A DNA stretch of 64,000 nt, from contig JASVEC010000010.1 of assembly GCA_030770535.1 (NCBI GenBank), forward strand, positions 1,054,001 through 1,118,000, given 5' to 3'. The DNA is from Batkoa obscura (Eukaryota). Below the pieces are notes generated by a model. The model did no database searches. It had not been told where the DNA came from and saw only the letters and a program-made list of their open reading frames with translations. Shown here one piece after another: positions 1 through 12,731 of the stretch; position 1 is the first letter of the stretch, and the number at the start of each line of letters is the position of its first letter. The translations under genes and the position numbers were made by a program.

Positions 1-279
1 ATAGATGGGTTCAAATGACTAAATTCAAAAGTGCAACTACTTAACATGATTAAATTCTATATTAAGCACCTTGTAAAAATTTAATAATAGCTAACAATAG
101 GTAACTATCTATTTGCATCTCATATGCAACAGTTCCAAGAGTTATCAATAGCACATATTTTCGAATGCAAATACCATTTATAGTAAGTTATTTTTAAGCT
201 AAACAGGAATAATAAAACAGCGTATATAAATAAGTCAATTCAACTTTATAAATGTACTTTGTTCACCTTTCTAAAAAAA

Positions 280-1185
280 ATGGGTGCTCTCACTACCCAT
301 TCGTTTATAATGATTAGTATATCGGCTACCATAGCTATTCTTAATTCATTTTTAATTTATCTTGCATCGAAAATAAAGCCAAGGACAAAAGACATCAATT
401 TTATCATTGCTATATGTTGCATCGAATATCTTTTACCAGTGGTTGGATGGGCCAATACCATAAATGCATGGATTACTAAAAAGAAGGCCACGGATACAGT
501 TTTAGGCTGCCAAATATTAGGCTTTGTAACAATGTCCATCTTTTTTTTTGAAGTTATGGTTAATGCTTTACTAGCTATTGAGCGATACTCTCATATTACA
601 AAACAAAATTTGTTGCTTTTTTTTTCGATTCCTGCTTTGATTGCTTCTGTAGTCTTTATAGTATTAATTTCTATTTCTGCTGCACAGAATTTGTTTGTTA
701 AAGCTGCTTCTGATAGTTTATGTATGGTTATACCAAACAACTCACTATTAACAGCAATAACATTTTATTTCTTTATACTTTGTATGTTTTTGGGACTACT
801 TACCATTTTTTATTGTTATTTGAAGTTAGCAATTTATACCAATAATGTAACTAAATTCATTGAAATTGATGGAAGCTCAAGCCATAGTGTTAGAGCCATT
901 ACAAAAAAACCGTGGAGCATAAAATGGGTGAAAATTCGAATTTATACGACTTTAATTGCTTATGGGGTTTGTACATTTACCTCTCTATTATGTGGGTTGG
1001 CAGAGAGTATCCATGCCTACGTGTTTGGTATAGGAGGGGACGTCCAATTTATACTAAATTTATTAACAGTCATATTATATTTGCTTGGTGCACTTACTAA
1101 TTCAATGCTTTTATTATTTTTACATGCTGGTATCTCGCGTCAATCGAAAATATTTTTTAAAAATATTTTAAGGGATAGAAAGTGA
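280..1185 (+). CDS. Rhodopsin-like (class A-like) 7TM G-protein-coupled receptor, intronless
   Basis: Seven hydrophobic segments; GCQILGF at top of TM3, LAIERY (D/ERY motif), ECL2 Cys (SLCM), IFYCY at end of TM5. First ATG at 280 (the ORF track start at 259 is TTG). Confidence 0.8.
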   Translation: MGALTTHSFIMISISATIAILNSFLIYLASKIKPRTKDINFIIAICCIEYLLPVVGWANTINAWITKKKATDTVLGCQILGFVTMSIFFFEVMVNALLAIERYSHITKQNLLLFFSIPALIASVVFIVLISISAAQNLFVKAASDSLCMVIPNNSLLTAITFYFFILCMFLGLLTIFYCYLKLAIYTNNVTKFIEIDGSSSHSVRAITKKPWSIKWVKIRIYTTLIAYGVCTFTSLLCGLAESIHAYVFGIGGDVQFILNLLTVILYLLGALTNSMLLLFLHAGISRQSKIFFKNILRDRK

Positions 1186-2312
1186 GATCATCTGAGCTAT
1201 AGTTAAATGGTTTGAGCTTTTATAGACATTAATCTACCAAAGCTTTTGAACTATATAAAAATAGTCTCCTATAATTGCAGAGCAATACTTTTAAAAAATG
1301 TTTTTCATGCTGGCGTGTTTATAAAAAAATTATTCTAAAATAACCTAAAGTTTTCAGTTATACTATTATTTTTTTACGATTTCTATGCATTTTATATTTT
1401 AACAGAAGTTCTTTTTAAACATGAACATTTTATTGCCGTTGTATTTTCGCTTTAATTCTTTCATTTGTTTATCAACCTCACCTATTTTGGTACTACACTA
1501 TATATAGCAATTTAATTAGAATTGAGTGGTATCAAATATACTTTTTGATATTATGAGCTTTTTTATAAATTTATGTAATTTAATATAATTTAATATTATT
1601 TAACTAAAACCTATAAAGGGCAATGTGATATATAAGCGCTTTTTTCGGATTACTATTAATATCGTTTCATTTATTGAGGCAAAATTTCTTAATTTTTAAT
1701 ATAAAGTAATTTACAATTCCAATATTCTGTTGTAATATAAAACCTAATACATTTGGCTTCTACAAAAGTAATGTAAGCATGTTCCTTTTAGTAAAAGTTA
1801 ATTGGTGTAGTTGATATTAAAATGATCAAAATGAATTCAAAAACAGTTAATAAGTATAAATTATAAGTGTAATATATAATACATAACAAATATAGCAAAT
1901 GTGTAGCTGGTAGGTATAAATATATGATCGATAATGAGTACAACTTTGGATCTTAAACTTGTTCATTTTTGATAAACCTATGAATTAAGTGTAATAAACT
2001 AATAGTATAATTAAAATAAGACCAAAGTCATAATTAGAACAAAAACTAAACAAAAGCCAAGAAAATATTTTTTACGCATTCTTTTATTCCAATAAAACAG
2101 AGTAACATTTTGATAAATAGAGTGAAAGATTAAATAAGTAATCAATGATTTAATAAATTAAAAACGATATTGGTGAAAAGGCTATAGGGGGTGAAAATAA
2201 ATTTAACAAAAATAATTGGTTAAAAACCATGAGTAATGAGCCACTGGTAAAAAAATAACATTAAAAAATTCTTAATTTAAATCATATTCTTTTGGTAATA
2301 AAAGCAAGCAAT

Positions 2313-4941
2313 ATGATGGTCACCAATACTAAGGACCCCTTCAATGTAACTAGTAATCAAGATCAAGATAGAAATCCATTTTCCGATAAAAACAGTGAAA
2401 TAAAAATCAACGTATCTAATGATATTCCGGATTTAAATACAATTGCTAACCACTTAAATATTGAGATCATTGATGAGTATAGTTCTTTAAGCTTAAACGA
2501 TCTACAGGCAAGAGGAAGGTATAGCCAAAGTATAAGATCGAGAACAAGGAAAAAAACGAATGAAAGTAGGGATTCTATTATATCATTTTACTCTGATGCC
2601 AAAGAATTTCAAGAAAATAAGGCAGAAAAGCTTTTAAAACCTGAAGATGCAGAAATTATGGATAAAAAATCAATAAGCTTTGATGAGAGTTCAAAAGCTT
2701 ATAGCCACAAAGCAAAAAACTCGAGTTCTAAGAGCATTAATCTAACTGAAAAGGTAGTATTCGAGGAGCCAAGTAAAATAGAAAGTAGTAAATTTGATAC
2801 AAAAGATAAGTTAGAAGTAAAGAAGCATAGAAGGCATTCAAGGAAACAAAGTATAAATAGTCGTGCAACTAGGCCAAAAAGTATCTTATTACCATCATAT
2901 GCTACGCCAACGATAACTGAGACAGATTCAACAAGTAAAGAAAATAGAAAGTTTCATAGAACCAAAACCCTCGATCCTACTCAATTTAAAGGGCCTAATT
3001 TTGTCAAATCACATCAAAGGTCATACACATCGAATGGAAAAATGACTATGCTAGAACAAGTAAGTAATTGGGAAGATGCTAAACAGAGTTGGAAACAATA
3101 TCGTCGGTTCTCAAAAAGACCTAATAAAATTGGCTCAAATGATGAAGATGAAGATAGAGTTCTTATAGGGACTAGAGTAGCTGAAGGACATCAAAACTAT
3201 ACTCTGATGTACAATATGTTGACCGGCATTAGAGTTTCAGTAAGTTTCAATTTGTATGGTAAGATGGTATTTATTTATATAAATTTTAGGTTTCCAGATG
3301 CTCAGCAAAACCAATGAAGTCTTTATCAACAGAAGACTTTATTGCATCAAATAAACTCGCTTTTGATGTGTAAGTTTAAAGTCATATTACTTTGTTAACT
3401 TTACTTAGATTTTTTAGCACTGGAAATGAGTTGGTGCCCTCATCTAAATATGACTTTAAATTTAAAGACTATGCACCCAATGTATTCCGTCAAATAAGGA
3501 CAATTTTTGGTATTGACCCAGCGGAGTATTTAGTAAGTCTTGGAATTAATTAAGTTTTGATTAAATAACACATATAATTAGATGTCATTAACCCACAAAT
3601 ATATTGTATCCGAATTGTTTTCTCCAGGGAAAAGTAAAAGTTTCTTTTACTATTCTAGGGATTATAGATTTATTATCAAGACGGTACATCATGTAGAGCA
3701 TCGATTTATGAGGAAAATTTTACCAGATTATTTTAAGGTAAATATTAGGACTATATTGTTGTAACTTATCAATATTTATTTTTAATTTTAGTATATTCAA
3801 GAAAATCCAGATACTTTGTTGACTAGGATTTACGGCTTGCATCGAGTCAAAGTAGCATATTCCAGAAAAATTCATTTTGTAGTAATGGCAAACATTTTTC
3901 CGCCTAATAAGGATATTCATGAGTCATATGATTTAAAAGTAATAGCTGTTTTCTATATATAGTTTAAGCTTATTAATCTGTAATAGGGATCTACTTTGGG
4001 GCGTAAGGTGGACGAAAGCATATTTTTAAGGAACCCAATTATACCAATGAAGGATCTTAATTGGATGGAAAAAGATAGGCGATTTCATTTTGGACCTCAA
4101 AAACGTAACATATTTCTCGAGCAATTAGAAAAAGACGCAAAAGTAAGCAACTATATTATTGCTATTAGCATAATTTATTAATACAATATAGCTATTGAAG
4201 ACTTTAAAAATTATGGACTATTCTTTGTTAGTGGGCATCCATTTTAAAGATCGTGGTAATCAAGATGGTATTAGAGATAGATCCTTATCTATTTTTCAGG
4301 TAGGTTTATTTTATCATGATTTATAAAATAGTGATTTAATACGTTATTTTTATTAGCCTGATTTAAATAAAGTGCTACAAGGGGGTCAAGAGAAAGGTAC
4401 TGAGCTAGCTAATATGGTACGAAGGACAATAGCAGTATCTGATCCGGTGGCATTGTCTGGAAAGTCTTTAAAGGGAATACCAAATGAGTAAGTGAAAATC
4501 AAACAGAACAAGATAATCATGCTAAACTTTTTTTGTTAATAGAGCAGTGTTTTATAGAGATTCTGGTGGATTTTCTTCATCAGATGAAAATGATATGGAT
4601 GGGGATATCATTTATTATTTTGGTATTATTGACATTTTAACACCATATAATTATGCTAAAAAAGTAGAGCATTATTGGAAATCTATGAGTCAAGACAAAG
4701 TAATTTAATTTTGAATCTAATTTATATATTTATTCATTTCATATAGAATGCTATTTCAGCTGTACATCCTAAAGTTTACGCAAATCGATTTGTTAATTTT
4801 ATTTCAGATTCAGCAATTCAAAAGGTGTGGGAGTCATGTGAATCAAGCTCCAATTCACCAAAGCCGGAATCTAAACAAATAAGGCAGCGTCGATTAACTT
4901 TAAAAAATCAAAGGAGGAAATCTCACTATTCAAAAAATTGA
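2313..4941 (+). CDS. MSS4: Phosphatidylinositol-4-phosphate 5-kinase (Mss4/Its3 type), ~10 exons
   Basis: Motifs [63 protein letters not shown] joined through GT-AG introns; stop TGA 4939-4941. Confidence 0.93.
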
Positions 4942-4987
4942 ATATAATTTATATTTGTTATTATAATTAAAGTTTGTTTTATTTTAA

Positions 4988-6746
4988 TTAAATATCTAAA
5001 CTTTTGTAAACTTTTACAATTTGTTTATAAAAGTCTAAATTGGCGTCTTCACAATTGTATTCAGTATAGTTATTCGATTCAATTAATTGAAAGATTAATT
5101 CAAGAGCATCTATTATAGGGTAATTCTCATTTATCAATTGAATAAATTGAGTACTATTACTATCTAATTTCACACCTGAGAAACTTGAATTCAAATGTTC
5201 CACCAAAGTTGGTATTAAATCATCAATTGAATTAAGAATGACCTCTTCAAAATTTTGAGTTGGAATTGAGTTCGTCATTAATATAACTTCACTAACTTTA
5301 ACTATCATCTCACAACTTTTGGCTATTAAATTATCCTCATAACTATAAAATATTTTAATATTTTAATTTATTTTTATACGTAAAATTACCTTTTTAGAAC
5401 TATAACTAAATAATTAAAAAATTTATTTAAAGGAATGGTTTGGTTATTAAATACTTCATTTTCTAGTAAGTAGCTATCTTCAATTAAATATTGGCAGATA
5501 TCATTAGCTAATCGTAGTAATAATGGATGGTGTGTTGAGTCTTTAAACTATTCAATATTAATATAAAACCATAATTATTTTAATTGCAATTACCTCAACA
5601 TGGTCCGTTAAAAAGTATAATAAATCCAAATAAGATTCCCTTAGCCAAGTAATGAGTTGTACAATGTTACTAGTATCGATTTCTATAATTGTTGTAAAGT
5701 CTTCTAGGCTCAAGAATTGAGTCATATGACCCAATATTTCCAACGAAGAAAAGAATGGTTGATTATCATAACTATCGTATTGAATCACTTCCAGAAGAGT
5801 TCTTACTTCAATTGCTGACATTCTAACCAAAAACATGGCTATTTTCTTCTCATCTTTAAGCCATTCAAATGAAAAATGTCGAATTAAAATGTTACTTAAT
5901 ATTATTGCTTTATCTTTATATTCTGTAGAATGTCGACTATTTAATAATAGATAAACGTTGTTTCTCAATTGACTAAAATCATAGCTGTTATTATTTAAAT
6001 AATACTTTAAAACTTTTGTATTACAATCTTGGAGACAATCAATTATTACACTCATGTAGTCCAACTTATGCTCAACATCAACACCGTCCAGTTGAACAGC
6101 AATATATTTCAAAAATTCGTTTATGACTACTTGATACTCTTTTTCATTTTCTTGATTTAATAAAGTTTTTCCAAAGTTTGAAATTAATGTAACCCATTTA
6201 TCTTTCTTACTATCTTTTTTAATTATTAACTCATGACCATAATCTATTAATTTTTTCATTAAACTATTTTCAAACAATGGTCTTCCTTTAATTACATACA
6301 AACTACTTTTTAAATCTAAACTTAACTTATAAAATATATCTAATAGTAAATCTTCATGATTCTTTTTGACTAAATGATTCAGTAATAATGGAATCCTTGC
6401 AAGTAGAATATCACTGTTAAATTGGTTTTCTAAGGAATATAGGTGAGAAATTACATTTATTCCTAGATCATTCATCGTTTTATTTTTAACATACTCCTCG
6501 CTTTCATTATCCAGATCTTTATTCATACCTATAAATTAGCTTCAAACAGTTATAGATAAATTTAAACTAATTACCTTGTTTCAATAGCCTATCTAGAAAC
6601 TTAAAGTTCATTTTCTGGAATAAAAAATTCAGGTCCTCTTCCTTTTCCTTATCTAAGACTTTACTTAATAAATACAAGCTTGAGAACTTTTTTTCATCAC
6701 TAGTTCCTGCCTCTAATCCTTCAGCAATCTTCTCTTTTTCTGACAT
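4988..6746 (-). CDS. Neurochondrin-like armadillo-repeat protein, 4 exons
   Basis: N-terminus TSDEKKFSSLYLLSKVL...FKFLDRLLK and LVRMSAIEVRTLLE resemble neurochondrin; three ORF-track fragments join through GT-AG introns. Confidence 0.7.
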
Positions 6747-7301
6747 TTTTAAAAAAGATTTCTGCATAATGGAATATTTAGTTTATGATTTGAGTTTCTG
6801 AAGTGCAAAATCCATTTTAAAATTTGCAAATTAAACAAGTCAAACTTGCTTTTAAATTAAATAGCACCCTTGAATTGGTTGATAGTATCCCTATCCTAAA
6901 AGCTTATTTTGAATTAAATAATCTACTAAAGTTTTTAGCTTAAACTTTTATAAATGTACTCTGTAGATTTTTTTTGTTACTAATTTAACTAATAATTTGT
7001 TTAATTTTTAAATTAGAAATACAAAAATTAATGAAAAACACTCTTAAGCAACCTAAATCAACCAGGTTTAGTAAAAGTTATATTGACTATTTTATTTTAA
7101 TGATAATAAAAAACGAGCATATTTCAGCATCTTTAACAGGCTAAATTATTTTCTAACTATCATATCAATTAACTAAAAAATTATCTTGACATTCCAACTA
7201 ATTTATGTAGATTCCGAATTTAAAGTGATAAAAAATAGTAAATAAACTACACTACAAACATTGCTTTTTTATATATTTAATAGGTTTGTTCATGAGTGAA
7301 T

Positions 7302-9245
7302 TTAAATACCAAAAGCGTCTAGAGAAACTTGCTCCCAGACTTTGAAAGGGTTAAAAGTAGTATTAGGATTATATGGAAAGCGCTTACTTGTAGGAATCCA
7401 AGTAAATTCTAAAGGACGAAGCTCATTAAATTTTGTAGAATAAGCTTCACGAATAGGAAAGGAAAACTCAGAGTTGGTTTTAAAAGGCTTTGGAACATCT
7501 GGATGATTTGATAAGTTTGATGGTTTAAGACCATATTCTATCAACTCAAACGGAGCAACCATTCCACCAGCCATTGAAGATACAGTGGCTTGCTGATTTT
7601 TAAGTCCTCCAATAGAGTAACTTTTTACACCATGTATTTCTTGTAATCCATAAGCTAAAAGGCAGCAAGTCGAGTAGCACACTGAATTCGATAGCACTAT
7701 TATATCTTCTGTTTTAAAGGGTTGAGTATTGTTATTAAGTAAAGATAGCAATGGATTTTCAAAGCAATTGTCAAGGAATAAATTTGTGTATTTGCTACTT
7801 GTATTTAATCCACGAGTATAAGTCTTAGTTTCTTTAAAAAAATCTGCATTATTTATTGGAGATCCATCTATTTGAGTACTATTATCCTTAAAATTATAAT
7901 TTGGATATCTAAAATACTTAGCTACATCAGCAATAAGTGGATTATAGTGCATATCGGTAGCAAATTTTTTGATCTCTGCATTAGGGAATAAATACTCTAA
8001 GATATTATACCCAAGGCATATCTTTCCACCACCATTGTTACTTAACTCTAAAATTAGTCTACTGGCCTTTTTATCTTTTAAGCTTTGAAATACACTACGG
8101 ATTTCATCATTCCAAAGGTTTTCATTTTCAGGGCTAAAATCAGGTATAGTAATAACTCCTACTTTATCATTAATTAAGTATGATTTTAAGTAAATTCCAT
8201 CAAAAAGTGGCGAAAAAATAGAATTGACTTCTTTTACCATTCCGAGATTCAGGACTTGGTTGCTATTTACTTCCTTAGCACCAACTATTTCGAAATTCAG
8301 AGCTTGGTCAATTTTTACTTCTTTAGCATCAGATATTTCACTATAGCCTAATTTGATGTCCCCAACCTGATACTCATTGAGTAATGGTTGGCGATAGCAA
8401 AATTTTTTCATAAAATCCATAGAAAGATTGTATTGTTGTGGTACTAAAGCGATATAAGGAACAACAACCCTTTTCTCTTGATTGTCAATTCTAAAGGTAA
8501 AATTTATAGTTTCGTTTTTTGGAGGAATATCTGTTGAAGCAAATGCCCCATGGTATATGCCCCATTTCCCGCCTTTTTGTATAACTCTGGCTGTAGAAAA
8601 ATTAATACGTGAGTTAAGATCTCTAGAAATTCCAACGTATTCTCTAGTATATTGTTGTAAGTATTCTAAAGGTTGAAATCCATTAATAGCTAAGATTTCT
8701 TTTCCAGCATATTTAGTTACGTCTACCCCTGCTGAGTTCCATGCTTGAATGAGCTCGTTTGGGTAATTAAGATTTTCAAGCACTTTGACTTTTACATCTC
8801 CCCATTGGTTTTCTTCTGTGAATACTGGGAAAGGCTGCTTAAACTCAAACAAGGTAGCGCATTTCGACTTGTATCTAAGATGGCCATCATAAAGAGACTT
8901 AAAAAATTTTGTAATCGAATTATGGAACTCATTTTCGGATTTATATGACTTTGATACCACCGTAGCTAACTCTGCTCTAATGTTGATATAACTAGGCATA
9001 TTGGGCTCTGGGGAACGTTCTGCCGAATCAATGAAAGCATAAAATGGAAGCGATTTATCAATACTATCATACACCGAGTTTTTTATTTCTGGTGCCAATT
9101 CGATTTTATTTAAACAGGATATTGCATCTTTATAGCTTACTGTCGGTTTTTTTGAAATTACTGCACAAGGATCAGGTACTTCAATTTCGATAGAGTTAAC
9201 CAAGGTGAATGATAAAAGCAAATGAAACAATGGCTTGATGATCAT
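7302..9245 (-). CDS. Secreted peptidase S41 family (tail-specific/CPAF-like) protease, intronless
   Basis: Signal peptide; LYDGH, LILELSNNGGG and catalytic SNSVCYSTC motifs typical of fungal S41 proteins. Confidence 0.85.
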   Translation of the reverse strand: MIIKPLFHLLLSFTLVNSIEIEVPDPCAVISKKPTVSYKDAISCLNKIELAPEIKNSVYDSIDKSLPFYAFIDSAERSPEPNMPSYINIRAELATVVSKSYKSENEFHNSITKFFKSLYDGHLRYKSKCATLFEFKQPFPVFTEENQWGDVKVKVLENLNYPNELIQAWNSAGVDVTKYAGKEILAINGFQPLEYLQQYTREYVGISRDLNSRINFSTARVIQKGGKWGIYHGAFASTDIPPKNETINFTFRIDNQEKRVVVPYIALVPQQYNLSMDFMKKFCYRQPLLNEYQVGDIKLGYSEISDAKEVKIDQALNFEIVGAKEVNSNQVLNLGMVKEVNSIFSPLFDGIYLKSYLINDKVGVITIPDFSPENENLWNDEIRSVFQSLKDKKASRLILELSNNGGGKICLGYNILEYLFPNAEIKKFATDMHYNPLIADVAKYFRYPNYNFKDNSTQIDGSPINNADFFKETKTYTRGLNTSSKYTNLFLDNCFENPLLSLLNNNTQPFKTEDIIVLSNSVCYSTCCLLAYGLQEIHGVKSYSIGGLKNQQATVSSMAGGMVAPFELIEYGLKPSNLSNHPDVPKPFKTNSEFSFPIREAYSTKFNELRPLEFTWIPTSKRFPYNPNTTFNPFKVWEQVSLDAFGI

Positions 9246-10007
9246 TTTGGCCAGTAAAGTGTTTACTATGTCCTCGCTTTATATATGTTTGTAGAAACTG
9301 GCTTATCTCTTAATTACAAGTTATTCTGTCTACATTTTTGGATCTATTATGTATCACAATGGGTTAACAACCTTTAGATACAAGCCTAATCACATGCTAC
9401 GGAGTAATCCAAAAGGGGAGAATCTACATGAACCATAGCTATTCTTATTGAGTTTAATTATATTTCCCCCCTAAATAAGTAAAAGAATGAATTTTAAATT
9501 GACATAAGCTTTAAGAAAATTTATATAATTTATTGTATGTTTTATGAGTTACTTTTAAAAGAAATATTTTAAATTTAAATACATATTTGACAATCTCTGC
9601 TAGCGCTATTTTCAAAACATATTATGAAAAGGGTGTATTTTAGTAGTTACTTATAGAATATCGGCTATAGTTAACATCTATTTTTTTAAAATTGACATGC
9701 TCGTTTATTAGGTTATTCAGAGTTATTCAGAGTTATTTTAGTACTCTGTTCAAAAATATGAACAAAATATGCAGAGCTAAAACCCCTTATTTATAATTGC
9801 AAATATTTTGCCTAGGGTTATAAATACTTTATATCAATAGAGTTTATATTTCTAAAGAGAATATTTACAAACTTAAACAACCTCATAAAATTTTAGAGTT
9901 ATAATAAAAGATTAAAAACTCAGTCATAGTCTATATTTGATTTATGTATAAAATTTATCTTTTAACTAGATGCATATTATTCCAAAAAAAACAAATATGA
10001 TACAAAT

Positions 10008-10113
10008 GGGGATGTGTTTTTTCATTTAAGAGCTTTACTAATAATCTTTGCTCAAATAGCGCTTAAAAAGTGGTAAAAGTGGTAAAAGTGATGAAACCAA
10101 AAACAACATCCCC
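10008..10113 (-). mobile_element. ~98-bp MITE family copy (with a 9-bp internal duplication)
   Basis: GGGGATGT...ACATCCCC termini, family core TCAAATAGCGCTTAAAAA; flanks AAAT/AAAG. Confidence 0.85.
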
Positions 10114-10327
10114 AAAGTTATCTTTGGTTAACTTACAAGTTTTTCATGTGCTTTGCTTAAATTATAAGCTAGAAATATTATTGGTGTAAAAAGTGTGAAT
10201 TTTAGTCTGTAATCCTAAAAATCAAAATAGTATGTTGAGTTGAAATATTTATTTTTAAGCTATACTTAAGATTTGAATCAGCTACTTGAACTAATCCTTC
10301 TAAATTGAATAACTGTTTTATTATATT

Positions 10328-12482
10328 ATGGAAGGCTTTAAAAAAAAGAAATTTAAATTTAATACCGCTCACGCAACAAAAATAAATTTGGAAGAAGATA
10401 ATGATGAAAAGATGCTTAAATCGCCTATTAAATTATTAGGATCAGACAATGAAGTATTAGCTCAAAGTAAGTTTTAATAAATAAGAGAATTTCTTTAACT
10501 CTTTTCTTAGATGACCATATTGTAAATAAAAAACCAGAGGATGCTCAAGATAATGATGAAAAAGAAAAAAAAGTAGAAAAGAATGAAGAAGAAGATCCAT
10601 TGGAAGCATTTATGTTGGAAATAGAAAGTGAAACTAAAAAGCAAGCAAGTGAACCAAGTCGAGGACCAAGATCATTGGGAATGGGAGAAGAGCAAGAGGA
10701 TGTAATGGAATCCTTTTTGAAGCACCGAAAAAAGAATATCAATCTAATTCCAGCGATAAAAACCAACAAAGAAATGGATTCTGATGAGGAAGTTTATGCA
10801 ATGGCAAGAGCTGTTGATGAACAAGGGGATGTAGAATATGACTCGAATGATGAAATAGTCGTTAAAAACAAAAAAGATATCGAGCCACTGAAACCGATAA
10901 ATCATGAAGAAATAGAATATTTAAAAATAGTTAAAGATATTTATAAAGAGCACCCTGACATTTCTAACTTGGCTATTGACAAAGTCAAAGAAATAAGGGA
11001 ACTATACAATATTAAAGTTGAAGGAAGAGATATCTCAAAGCCGTGCTTAGTGTTTGGCCACTTCCAATTTGAAGATAAGTTAATTGATAGAGTTGCTAGA
11101 TCACAATATGAAAGCCCGACTCCAATACAAATGCAAGCCGTCCCCATTGGCTTAAAAGGGAGAGACATGATAGCTATCGCTCAAACTGGTAGTGGGAAAA
11201 CAGCAGCCTACCTTTGGCCGCTTATTAATCACGTATTGAAACAAAGTAAAAAAAAAGATAGAGAAGGGCCTATTGGTATTGTATTAGCACCTACGCATGA
11301 ATTGGCAATCCAAATAGGAAATGAGGCAAAAAAATACAGTAAAAGCTATCATTTTAATGTATGTATTGGGTGTGGAGGTATTTCTAAACAACAACAGTTT
11401 AGAGAGTTAAGAAGTGGTGCTGATATTTTAGTTGGAACACCAGGGAGAGTGATTGATTTGATTAAAATGAAAGCATTTAGTTTATACAGGACCTCGTTTT
11501 TAGTATTAGATGAAGCAGACCGTATGTTGGATTTGGGCTTCGAGCCTCAAGTAGTTTCTATAGCGAACAACATTCGTCCAGATAAACAAACACTGATGTT
11601 TTCAGCAACTTTACCAAAAAGTATTGAAAAGTTATCAAGAAGGCTATTAAATGACCCTATTAAAGTTACGATTGGTGGGGTTGGAATGGTAATGTTATTG
11701 ATAAGATTTTCTAAAATTATTTATTTTTAATTACCATTTAGCTTCATCCAGATATTATTCAAGAATTTGAAGTACTCGATGAGCCTCATCTAAAGTGGTC
11801 TACTTTATTAAAGTATTTACCTAATTGGTTAGTTAATAAATATGGCGTCCTTATTTTTGTATCTACAATTATGGCTACACAGCAATTACAAGCCTCTTTA
11901 GTTCAAATGGGTTATTTATGTAAATAATATTAAATATTTATAGTATCATATTAATTGAGTTAGGCGCTTCAATTCATGGTGACTTGATGCAAAATGAAAG
12001 GGATGAAGTACTGAGCAAATTTAAAAATGGGAGCGTTAAAATACTGATTGCTACTGATGTAGCAGCACGTGGGCTAGATGTGCCAATAGTGCAGGTGGTA
12101 GTCAACTACGATGTTGCCAAAGACTTAGACTCTCATATACATAGAATTGGGCGTACTGGTAGAGCTGGAAGCAAAGGATATGCTTTGACAATGCTTGTAA
12201 AAAGTGAGAATCATGACCAATTCATGGCTCATCAATTTGTTACTTCATTCAAAAAACAAAGCATTAATGTACCCAGCTCATTATTCGCAATTGCTAAAAG
12301 GGTAATTACATTTTTAATATTAACCATAGTTCTAATGTATTCTTTAGAAAGGGAAAATTAGTTTCAATAACAACAAAAATTTCAAGCCAAGACCTAGAGA
12401 ACAGTTCGGAGTTGGCTTTAACCAACAATCTTCTTCTGGTTCCACTTCCTTTTCAAGGTTTAAAAAAGCTTCAGATTCTTAA
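10328..12482 (+). CDS. DDX42: DEAD-box RNA helicase DDX42 (SF3b125)-like, 5 exons
   Basis: DPLEAFM, DSDEEVYA, KDIEPLKPINH N-terminal signature; Q motif, AQTGSGKT, DEAD, SAT, HRIGRTGR. Confidence 0.85.
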
Positions 12483-12731
12483 TTGATATAATTGTTATTT
12501 AATCATAGTATAGTTTCTAATTGTTTGTTTCTGATTTCAGTTTATAGTTTTTAAACGTTTGAATTTTATATCTCATTTAATATGTGAGTAATATTGAAGA
12601 TTATCTGTTAAATTGAAATTGCACAAATCACAGTTTAAAATCTTTGCTTACGTATGTTTGAAAAACAATATCAAATTCAGCATTATAAAATTCTTGAGCT
12701 ATAATTTAAATATTACTTTTTTAAAATCTGT

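Noticed and set aside
11281..11310. DDX42 motif Ia PTHELA instead of PTRELA
   Set aside because: Single substitution with all other motifs intact; cannot argue functional change.
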